From Basidiobolus meristosporus CBS 931.73 (Eukaryota; Fungi; Basidiobolomycota): 64,000 bases of DNA. Location of the stretch: NCBI GenBank assembly GCA_002104905.1, contig MCFE01000503.1, positions 1-64,000 on the forward strand, read 5' to 3'. The number at the start of each line of letters is the position of its first letter. Position 1 is the stretch's first letter. The notes beneath the pieces are model-generated. The model made no database searches and was not told where the DNA came from. It saw only the letters and a program-made list of their open reading frames with translations. Both the position numbers and the translations under genes were made by a program. Shown here in pieces: positions 49,462 through 59,847 of the stretch.

Positions 49462-52400
49462 TATTGTAAGAGTCTTGGAGATATTGGAAGCGATTGGGAG
49501 AACAAGTAGATTATGTGGTTTTCACTTTATGATTTATTGAATGTACAAGTAGTATTTATACTTTTACATGGTCTTGGCATTAAAAACACATAGAGTAGGC
49601 TAAGGAAAGTCCCAAGAACATGTGTGCAAAGTTTGAGGCTGTTTGGACAACTTTGAGAATTTTCATGTTCAGGGTACCTGGAATTTTGGTGAAAATAATA
49701 TAAGTAAATCCCAACAAGGAATTTGGTCAGTATTCTCTAGGATTTGAAGGTAATGATCTAAGTGACTAAGTTAGGTGAATATTTAGGTGGAAATACAAAT
49801 TTTTACAACACTCCCACTCAGCTAAATGTTCATACTAACTAGACCTAATTTTGACCTAAGATATTCAAACTTGTCTCTAGCCAATGGTTTAGTAAACATG
49901 TCTGTAATCATTTCATCTGTAGGACAGTAAACTAAGCTAACTAAGTTATTCTCTATAGCTTCACGTATGAAATGATGTCTAATATCTATGTGCTTGGTTT
50001 TAGCATGAAAAGTTGGATTTCTACCTAATTGTATACATCCTTGATTATGTTGAAATAAAGTAATAGGCATTTTTTGACATAGGCCTAAGTCTGTAAAAGG
50101 TTTTCTTAACCACATTGCTTCTTTTGTAGCTTCACAGGCTGCCATATACTCTGCCTCTGTGGTAGAAAGTGCTACGGTTGGTTGCTTTCTTGAATTCCAT
50201 GAAATTGCTCCTTAATAGTAAAGAAAGGTGTATCTGTGGTGGATCTTCTGTCTTCTAAATTTTGTCCCCAATCAGCATCAGAGTATCCCACAAGATGCTG
50301 TACTGAATCCTTATAAGTGTATCTTAAGCAGATATCAGCAGTTCCTTTTAGGTATCTAAAAATCCGCTTAACTGCTGTAATATGATCAGATCCATCATTC
50401 TGATTAAATTGGCTGACAACTTCCACTGAATATGAGATATCTGGACATGTCCTAAGCTTGATATACATCAGACTGCCAACCATAGATTGATTAGGAAAGT
50501 CAGGGCTTTCAGATGGCACTAAGCTCTCTTGATTTGGTTGAGTTTTGACCAAGTAAAGGTTTGTTTCCATTGGGGTAGCTGCTGGTTTACAGTCTTCCAT
50601 TTGATACTTCTTTAGTATATCTTCAATATACTTTAATCGGCTTAGGGTGATAGTCTGGGTACTTCTGTCTATGGAGAACTTAATCCCTAAGTAGTAATTA
50701 AGTTTCCCTAGATTGGACATCTTGAACTCCTTAGATAGGCTGGATTTAGTCTCTTCCAATGTTTCTAGGTTATTGGCAGCTATAATAAGTTCATCCACAT
50801 ATAGAGCTAATAGAACTGGACTTGCTCTACCTGGCTTATAGTATATATTATAGTCAGCATTACTCCTTTTGAAACTCAAAGATTCCAAATAAGAATCTAT
50901 CTTGCAATTCCAGGCTCTTGGTGATTGATTGAGACCATATAGTGACTTTTTAAGCTTGCAGACCAAATGGGGGTTATCTTGGTCAACAAACCCATCAGGC
51001 TGGTCCATATACATGTCCTCATCAAGTTCTCCATTCAAAAATGCAGCTTTTACATCCATTTGATGAGTAAAAAACTTATATTTGGCTGCAATAGCCAATA
51101 TTAATCTGATGGAATTAAACTTCGCTACCAGTACAAAGGTCTCAATATAGTCAAGTCCTTTTGTTTGAGAGTACCCTTTGGCTACAAGTCCTGCTTTGTA
51201 TCTTTCAATTGTACCATCAGACTTGTATTTTGTCTTGAAGACCCATCTGCATCCAATTGATTTTTGGCTGATTGGTAATTTGACTAAGTCCCAAGTTTGA
51301 TTTTCCATCAGGGCCTGATATTCCTCAGTCATTGCAGATCTCCATAACTTTGGCTGAGGGCTATTTAGGGCCTCTTTTACAGTCTGGCGCTCATTAATAT
51401 GGATTGAATAGGCATAGGCTAAGTTTGTACCCTCATTGATATGGTAATTTGGGCTATTTCTTGTCCAATTTGATCTCCAGGCATTTGATACCAGAGTGAT
51501 CACTTCTGGGATATTCCTGGGCACTGATTCTGGCTGAACCATGGTTGTAGAGTCCTCTGGAGTGAAGAACCTATCATTGTTTTGCTCTGATTCAATCCTG
51601 ACAATTGGTGGACTTGAGATCAAATTTATGTCGTCATTTGATGTCATTTTTTGTGAAAATTTTGAATTTTCATCAAACAAGACATCCCTGGACTTGATCA
51701 GCCTCTTTGCTTTGGTATTGTAGAGTTGGTATGCCTTACTCTCATTGCAGTAGCCCAAAAATATGCATTTTACACTTTTTGGCTCAAATTTTGACTGATT
51801 TCCGGCCAGGTTTTTTGGCATATGCTGTACACCCAAATATTCTTAGATGTTCTGCACTTGGTCTGTATCCATACCATGCTTCAAATGGAGTAGAATCACA
51901 AAGTATTCTGTTATAACTCCTAGTTTTAAGGTATACAGCAGTGGCAACTGATTCCGCCCAAAAATCATAGGATGATTTTTGATCATGGATCATAGATCTT
52001 GCCATATCAATTATTGATCTGTTAGCATGTTCTGCTACTCCATTTTGCTGTGGGGAGTGTGGTACAGTAGTATCTTGTATTATCCCATGAATTTTGCAGA
52101 AGTGGATGAAGATTTTTGAGGTATATTCTCCACCATTGTCAGAGCGTATTTTCTTGATTTTTTCACCAGTTTCTCTCTCCATCATGGCTTTAAACTCCCT
52201 GAACTTAGACAGAGCTTCTTTCTTTCTCTCCATGAAGTAGACCCATGTGTATCTTGTATAATAATCATTAAAAGTGATTAAATACTTCATCCCACCTAAG
52301 GATAAATTTTGCATAGGTCCACACAGATTTGAGTGAATTAGATCTAATTTTCTCTTAGTTTTGATTAACCCCAAGCTCTTGAACGGTTGTCTGGCTTGTT

Positions 52401-53957
52401 TCCCGTATATGCAGGCTTCACAGTGCTCCAAATTAGCTTGGGGATCAATTTTCACTCCAGAAATTAGCTGATCTTTGATCATTTTACACAAATAATCAAA
52501 ATTGATGTGTCCAAATCTCCTGTGCCAAATTATTGGTGTTTCTGCATTTAAGTTACTTATATTGGCTTCCAGATATGATGGAATATTAGTCAACTTGTAT
52601 AGATTCTGATCTCTGATGCCCAAAGCAATATGGGCACCATTTTGATCAGTGATCCTGCATCCAGAATTGTCAAAACTGAAACTGAGTCCTTCTGCTGTGG
52701 CCTTGCTTATAGAGAGTAGGTTCTTGGCTATTTCTGGTACATATAGTACTTCTTTAAAGGTCTGTGTATGGCTTCCTTCACTGCTTCTTAGGCTTACTTG
52801 GATAGCTCCTTCTCCCACTGCATCACGTGTTCTATCATCACCTGTGAAAATCTTCTTAATTGGAATTTCTTGATAGTGGGTCAAAAGTTCTTTTTGGTGT
52901 GTAAAGTGTTGAGATGCTCCAGAGTCAATATACCATGTCTGAGAATCCTTGTTTGTAGTTGTATTTAGTGCAGATATGAATAGTCTATCATCAGTTATTG
53001 CAGCACTTCCATATTCAGGCTTCTTTTGCTGATTATCTTCTTTTTGAGACACCGGTCTGATGTGTGTCCATTCCTTTTGCAGTAGTTACAAAACAGATTG
53101 CTGTTGCCTTTGTAAGGTCTTGGGTACCTCCTTTGTTGGTTATCATTGCTTATTAAAGCATTTTCTTCTTCCTTCTTATTGGCACTTGATTTTTTTAATT
53201 CTTCATCCAGGAGCCTTCAATATACTTAATTCAAGGTCAATTCTTCAGTTCTGGACTCTAGGGCTGATACAAGGCCCTGAAACTTGTCTGTCAGGCTATT
53301 CAGGATGGTAACTATCACATCCTCATCAGTAGTTGGTATGCCCACAGATTCCATCTCATCTACCAGCAGGGTAATTCTGTTGATTAGATTTTTCATTTCT
53401 TCTCCTGGCAGCATCTTTGTAGTAAAGAATTTTCTTCTCAGATACATTTTCTTAGCAGCTGATCATGACTGGTAGGTGTCTGCTAATGCCTTCCAGGCAT
53501 TTGCTGCCGTTTTTGCTCTTTAGCATTGAATTAGCAATTTGTCCTTAACATTAAGGCAAATGCAGTTAAAGGCACTTTGTTCTTTCTTCTGGTACTTTAA
53601 GGCTTCCTCTCCCATGTTCTTAGGAGGGCATTCTTCTCTAATGACAATATCCCAAAGGCCTCTTTCTTGTAGAAGCATCTTCATCTTCACCTTCCACACT
53701 TGGTAGTTAAATCCATCCAACTTTTCAGCAGAGGGAAAAATTCTAGTAATAGCAGTAGTAGACATTGCAGAGAGTGACAGCTTGGGGCTCATAACCTGTT
53801 GTAAGAGTCTTAGAGATATTGGAAGTGACTGGGAGGACAAGTAGATTATGTGGTTTTCACTTAATGATTTATTGAATGTAGAAGTAGTATTTATACTTTT
53901 ACATGGTCTTGGCATTATAAACATGTAGAATTGGTTAGGAAGGTCCCAAGAACATGT
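49462..53957 (-). mobile_element. Copia-A copy A5, inserted antisense into the RNase H tail of A4
   Basis: 3' LTR 49462-49810, PPT, long ORFs 50172-51836 and 51784-53052, PBS 53784-53796. 5' LTR truncated to 53797-53957. Left target TGAAT. Confidence 0.9.
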
Positions 53958-54061
53958 AAAAGTATAAATACTACTTCTACATTCAATAAATCATTAAGTG
54001 AAAACCACATAATCTACTTGTCCTCCCAGTCACTTCCAATATCTCCAAGACTCTTACAACA
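53797..54061. repeat. Quasi-palindrome: 109-bp arms (53797-53905, 53953-54061), 47-bp spacer
   Basis: Arms are reverse complements with one mismatch found by eye. The junction carries a CATGT microhomology. Confidence 0.9.
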
Positions 54062-54199
54062 TATGTAACATATCCACAACAGAAAACTTGCAGATTAAAT
54101 CTAAGAAAAGAGCTTTGGAGAGATACTATCATACTTGAGGGCTATGTACTTGGTGACCAGCTTAATAAAGAATCTAGTATTGCTACAAACTTTGCAACA

Positions 54200-54470
54200 C
54201 TTTTAACTGCCAAAGACATCACAGATTGTGCAACTTCTCACCAACTTTTATCAGTTGAGTCACATGTCTTGCTTTTATCATAGAGCCAAGCACATTGCCA
54301 CAAATTACCATTTTTTTAGAGTGGATATAGAGTATAAACAGGTTGGCCTTGCTTGTTGCCATATTTTTGAAGTGATGGCAGATTTGCCTATAAAACACTA
54401 TCAAAGTCCATTTGAATATCCTGAACCACTAATGGGATCAGTTAATACAAATAGAGTCAAATAGAAGTGC
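54200..54470 (+). pseudogene. Highly decayed copia RNase H remnant
   Basis: FYHRAKHIATNYHFFR...MADLPIK resembles the FHARTKHIDIRHHF...ADIFTK motif. Confidence 0.5.
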
Positions 54471-54560
54471 TCTAAGGATTGAGCTTGAGCTGAGAAACTG
54501 CCACTAACTGAGACACTTCAGACATAGCTACTGACATTTATTAATTTTAACCCATGTTCT

Positions 54561-54830
54561 TGTTGTAAGAGTTTTGGACATATTGGAAGTGATTGGGAGG
54601 ACAAGTAGATTATGTGGTTTTCACTTAATGATTTATTGAATGTACAAGTAGTATTTATACTTTTACATGGTCTTGGCATAGCAAACATGTAGAATAGGTT
54701 AAGGAAGGTCCCAAGAACATGTGTGCAAAGTTTGGGGCTGTTTGGACAACTTATCTAATTTCATGTTCTGGGTAAGTAATCTAAGTAAATCCCAACAGGG
54801 AATTTGGCAAGAGTTCCTCAAGACTTGTAG
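54561..54830 (-). repeat. Truncated copia-A LTR, the last clear TE piece before the gene island
   Basis: TGTTGTAAGAG start, follows the LTR consensus with an internal deletion, end missing. Confidence 0.85.
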
Positions 54831-55636
54831 ACAAAAGATACAACAGTCACTTACACTCAATAAATTAAAAAAGTGAAAACCACATAATCTACTCATGCTT
54901 TGATTCACCGAGTCTCTATCGATCATGAAGTAAAGCTGCATATTCCACTTGTTCCACAAACCACTTCTATTAATTCCAAAATTCACATAGCAGGAATATT
55001 GTCATAACACCACCAGATGAATTTCGTAGGGCTGGGGCTTATATATATTCCGTATGGTATTCTGCCGTAACAATCCATATCCACCTGCAAGACCAAACTA
55101 TCTTTCCTAGGGCAATTGGCAAGTTATTGGCAACAATCCGGTGTCCTGCATATTTTACATGGGTAGCAAACAACGTTTACACGCATGAGCAACAACATGA
55201 TTCCATGAACTGGAGGAGCTGAGCATGCACTTTCCCTGTTGGACCTCTAACGGAATCTCCCCCCCCCAATCCACCATGACGTCGCAAGAAAACCGGTAGA
55301 AATTACACGCACTGGATCTTTGGTGGTGGATGCAAATGTCACCAAAACAAATCACATCTGTGGAAATATTCGAAGTTCAGTTCAACTGCATTGCTTTCTC
55401 CTGCTTTCCCAGTCGAAAAATAAAGCTGCGTAACAAAGAAATCGTGTAAAGTCCGCAGCATACTGATTGATCCGATTTCAACAACTACCCAATGCCAGTC
55501 ACGTTAAATACTCCAACGTTTATTGAGAACAACGAAGGCAAAACTAATGGAGCATAATGATATGACGATGAAGCTATCTCGCTACCGAGTAAGGGTCTAG
55601 GTGGTACCTAGTTGGTGGGATGTTTGAGGGGATGAG

Positions 55637-58545
55637 TTAAGGCTGGGCTGGGGAGATGCTTTCGTAGCTCCACAAGCGAGCACGACAATCTCCGGATGCG
55701 GTAGCGAACAGGCCACCCACCGGACTCAAATTGATGGAGATCACTGGTGATCGAAGGGCTGATTAGTGATGCGTCTTACTGTTGGGCGAATGAACCGGTT
55801 GGTTACCTGAATTTTTGTGTCCCTGAAGCATGAACTGAGTGTGTGCGGTGTTCGGATCCCAGAATTGAACCCCGCGATCCTTGGACCCGGATACTATCCA
55901 GTTCCCGCATGGGGAGCATGCCACGGACAAAACGAAGTCCTAACAAAGATCCATTTTCGGTTCAGCAACTCCTCGGCCCATTGGTCAAAAGCCGGGGACA
56001 TACCTTGTGTCCAACGAAAGTGGTCCTGCATGGGTTGGGCTTCTGTCCCATGTTGTTGGCATTCTTACTGCTGAGGATATCCCAGAGTTTGATCGTCTTG
56101 TCCAGAGATCCGGAGATGAGGGACTTGCCTAGAGATGGACATGAGATTGCCGCTCGTCAACAACACACAACACTTCCGTGGGACCAACCGTCTGGTGTGA
56201 ACGCGATAGAATAGACGCTATCCTTGTGGCCCTCGAGTTTCTCCAAGAGCTGTCCGGTCTGAACATCCCACACTCTGACCATCTTATCCAACGATCCTGC
56301 GGCCACTAGACGCCCATCTGGGCTGAACGCAACTGAAGTGACTCCGGCTTCCTTGGGGCCGTTCTCTTCGATCATAAGAGTATATACACACTTGCCGCTA
56401 TCCATGTCCCAGATCCTAGCGGTCCTATCCCCAGATCCCGACACGACCAGACGGCCGTCTCGAGAGAAATCGAGGGAGTAGATGTCCTGCTCGTGGCCTT
56501 GGAAAAGATTGCGGATCCTTCTCCTGGCGATGTCCCAGATCTGAAAGTGTCAAGGTCAAGGTCAGTACGAGCGCTCGTTGTCGATGTATAGGGGACTCCA
56601 CCCACCCGGATCTGCTTGTCCTCAGCCCCGGTGGCCAGGAACTTTCCGTCGGGACTAAAGCAAACCGCTCTGATGTAAAGGTCCCCATCTCTGTTGGCCG
56701 CCTCGTCCTGCAAAACACTGGAAGGACACGTGAGTCACGGGAAATCGCTCGGACGGAAAACTCCAAAGTTACCAAATCTTGCTTCCGTTCTGGACGTCGT
56801 AGATCTGTGCACTTCTGTTACACCCGGTGGCCAGATACTTGCCATCGTTGCTAAAGCGGACGCAGCAGACGACACTAAAGATGCGTGAGCCATGAGAAGG
56901 TAAGGCTTTGAACTCGCGCCGGAGCGATCCGAACTGTACCTGCTATGGTCCAACGTGTGAGCTAGATCGACATTCAGCTGGCGGGGAACTCGGGGGTTGA
57001 AGCTGTGGAGAGGCAACTTTAGGTCGCTGGCGATCTCTGGGCAATCCTAAAGGTGACTTACATGGCAAACCAATCCGACCCTTCACGCTTGAGTCCAGAT
57101 GGGAGATTCTCGAGATCTACGTCGTTGAAGCTGCCATTAGCAGAGCCAGGGCCCTTGGCGGAGGGGGCCCGAACAGGTCCGGCGACAGCAGACTGCTGGG
57201 GTGGGAGACCGCCGTTGCTTGGCTTGCGATTCATGCCTTGGGGACTAGCGCCGGAGTAGGGGGGCCCGTTCTGAGGAGGTCCTTGCTGAGAGTCCGGCTG
57301 CACACCCATCGGTGGTTGAGAAGTAAGCGGCCCTTGGTGTCCCATCTAGTATAAAGAATGAAGGTTAGTCGGCGAATATGATTGCTGAGAATTCCCGTAA
57401 CACCCACCGGATGATTTTGCGGACTACCTTGCATATAACCTACGTATGTGGTAGAAAACACGCAAACGTGTGAGTTTTATTATATATAATATATTAACGA
57501 TTATATAAGCTACCCATCGGAGGCTGGCCGGGTCCTTGTCCCATCATCCCAGGCAACTGGTTGGGCGGTTGGCCTGGCACCGGAGGTGAGGATGTTGGGA
57601 CAGAGCCGTACATGGACGGCTGTTGCATCGGAGGCTGTGACTGTCCAGCCATATGATGCGGAGGAGCATCCGAGTCCCCTCGCAGCCTTTTGTTGGGCGG
57701 CTGGTGGCCACCTTGTGGTGGTGGGCCTTGTTGTGGTGTGCCGGGAGGGCCACCGCTGGAGTAAGCGGATAGCCCTGGAGGACCAGATCCCGGACCTGGA
57801 TATCCTGGATGTTGTGGTTGTGGCTGTTGATTTGGATCCATCATCTGAGGTGGTGCCGCTAGAGAATTGGGACCGTTTTGTGCACCGCTCATGATTCCGC
57901 TAAATAGGTTGGATGGGCCATGGCCGATGTTGGGAGGTGCCGGTTTGTGAGTTTGATGTGGTGTACCGCCGCTTTGAGGGTGGGAACCGCGTGCCTCCAG
58001 CTCGCGACGAAGCCTCAATATCTCCTCTTCGTATCTGGAAACATGGAGAAGTGTAAGTATACCAGCGTAGAGTGGACATAGAACGTAGCATAGAGGTGGG
58101 CAAGCTCTTACTGTTGTTTTATCTTCTGGTGGGTTCTCTCAAGTTCATACAGATTCTGCTGGAAGCCGGTCATCTCGTTTAGCTGTGCAGAAACTAAAAG
58201 GGGTATGAACGTTAGTCGTTCATCTCAAGAATTGACATTCGACGAAGTTGGGTGGCGAGCCCAGAGCCATGGGGAAACAGGGAGGCTTTCAAGCGAGGGA
58301 ACGCTCCACGTGACCTGATAATTCAGTACCAGGATATCGCGTAGTTTAGATGGAACCACCTGTCGACCTGTCCGGCACATAAAAGAAAACTTACTCTTGT
58401 GCTCAAACTCGTCACGTTGCATCTTAAACATGGACACATCTTGATTGACCTGTTCAAACTCGACTTTCAAAGCATCTAGAAGTTCGGGAATTCTACTGCC
58501 GGCCCCGGCAGGAACCATGGGACGATGATTATAGATGTTTGACAT
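55637..58545 (-). CDS. TUP1: General transcriptional corepressor Tup1 (Tup_N coiled coil, P/Q/G-rich linker, WD40 repeats), 12 exons, 687 aa
   Basis: Exons: 58395-58545, 58112-58193, 57514-58034, 57408-57439, 57062-57345, 56940-57002, 56773-56874, 56606-56717, 56189-56540, 56004-56128, 55807-55939, 55637-55743. All introns GT-AG with consistent phases; total 2,064 nt. Motifs: [88 protein letters not shown]. Confidence 0.93.
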
Positions 58546-59033
58546 CTCCGCGACTACTTGCGTAAACTGACTGTCAAATGGGGATGACTCTTGTACTTCG
58601 AAACGCAAATTTGGTTGGGTCGAAGTTGGAAAAAAATAGACGGCCGAGTTTTTCTTTCAAAGATGGGATATCACAGAGATTAAGCAAGCGAGAGGAATCT
58701 TGTGTAGATATATGATCATTCCTTTTAATGAGTGAATTTTCAACCGCCATAGGTTATTAAGGGGGAAAGATCAAGAACCCTCCTCACTTCGCTTGGTATA
58801 TTTTTGGTTTACGCTTTTTATCATATAACCTTGGCCCTTACGAGATTGTCCACAAATTTTCACCGGGATTCCCCATATTTGGAAATCGGGAAAATAATAT
58901 CGGTTGTGGTTTCGGTTGTGGTTTCATTTTGGATTGTACTAGCCCTTCATCAAATATTCTCAGTAAAATAACCACCTGATGCTGGAGTTGTGCGTTGTGC
59001 GTTGTGGGAAATCGATGGTTGCTTAATGGTAGC

Positions 59034-59105
59034 GGCTCAATGGTCTAGTAGTATGATTCCTCGTTCGGGTCGAGGAGGTCCCGGGTTCAATTCCCGGTTG
59101 AGCCC
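59034..59105 (+). tRNA. tRNA-Pro(CGG), 72 nt, no intron
   Basis: Acceptor stem GGCTCAA/TTGAGCC, anticodon stem CCTCG/CGAGG with loop TT-CGG-GT, T-arm CCGGG-TTCAATT-CCCGG. Closely follows the eukaryotic tRNA-Pro pattern. Confidence 0.92.
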
Positions 59106-59115
59106 GAAGATTGAA

Positions 59116-59120
59116 TTTTT
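59116..59120 (+). terminator. Pol III terminator (T5)
   Basis: TTTTT 10 nt after the tRNA 3' end. Confidence 0.6.
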
Positions 59121-59296
59121 GCATCTGCCCGGTGTTAAGGAGCAGGCCTTGCGTCAATCTGAAGACAATGAAAGGGCAAAGCAAAAGACGAGGCAGTGAT
59201 GTATAGGAGGGAGGATGGAAACAGTTCTCCGAGCATGTTTAATGTGAAATTATGTATACATAAGTAGTGTAATTCTGACGATCCAAAAGTTTCCAG

Positions 59297-59847
59297 TTAT
59301 GCGGTGGGCTTGGTTTTCTTGACCTTCTTTCTCTCCTTCTTCTTCAAGGCGTCCATCTGCACCTTCATGATGTTGCCATACGAATCGAGGAATTTCTCGT
59401 AATCGGCCGGTTGTACCTAGAATCAACATACCCAGCTAAATAGTTGAACAGTCGGGGATTCGTGGGGGGAATACTTAAGTACCAGGGTACTGATCTTGGC
59501 ATTTCCACAGCTGGCTCGGACCAGAGTGGAGTATTCGGTCTCGTCGGTCACTTCGACTGTACTTCCCTTCTTTTTGACGTCGTGATCAACTACGAAAACA
59601 GAGCCAGCAATCAATCAACTTAGTGGACGACAAAGATTCCCACGTAAGTAAAAAGGCCTACATCTTTTCATGTTCAAGTACACGGTTCCTGAGGTTTTGG
59701 ACTTTTCAAAGAAACGGGTGACTTGTGTGAGAAACTAGAAAAAGATTAGCACGAGAAAGGAACAAAGTGTGCTCAAAATCCGGAGAGAACTGCAACAACA
59801 AAGGGATGAATGAATAGTGTATATACCGAATCGTTGTCGACAAGCAT
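59297..59847 (-). CDS. SRP14: Signal recognition particle 14-kDa subunit, 4 exons, 106 aa
   Basis: Exons 59827-59847, 59662-59734, 59483-59589, 59297-59416 (321 nt, GT-AG). Protein MLVDNDSFLTQVTRFFEKSKTSGTVYLNMKRF...LVRASCGNAKISTLVQPADYEKFLDSY...MDALKKKERKK is typical of Srp14. Confidence 0.88.

Larger units (their letters stand above)
45182..54061 (+). mobile_element. Copia-A copy A4, containing inverted copy A5; only the last 109 bp of its 3' LTR remain
   Basis: 5' LTR 45182-45530, intact PBS, gag-pol remnants to ...ARGKFE at 49461. LTR end TTACAACA at 54061. TSD TATGT at 45177-45181 and 54062-54066. Confidence 0.9.

Noticed and set aside
53797-53924. Stop-free frame running from an ATG inside the A LTR (MPRPGKS...) into gag; also ORF 1613-1939
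   Set aside because: That ATG lies upstream of the TATAAATA, so it is probably not transcribed. About 40 open codons is weak evidence, and A4's LTR has ATG TAA there.
55155-55355. Small ORFs in intergenic DNA (55155-55355, 60293-60556)
   Set aside because: Short, no recognisable product, within the length expected by chance.
59034-59105. tRNA gene as a chromatin barrier for the TE block
   Set aside because: It lies ~4 kb inside the gene island, beyond TUP1, not at the border.
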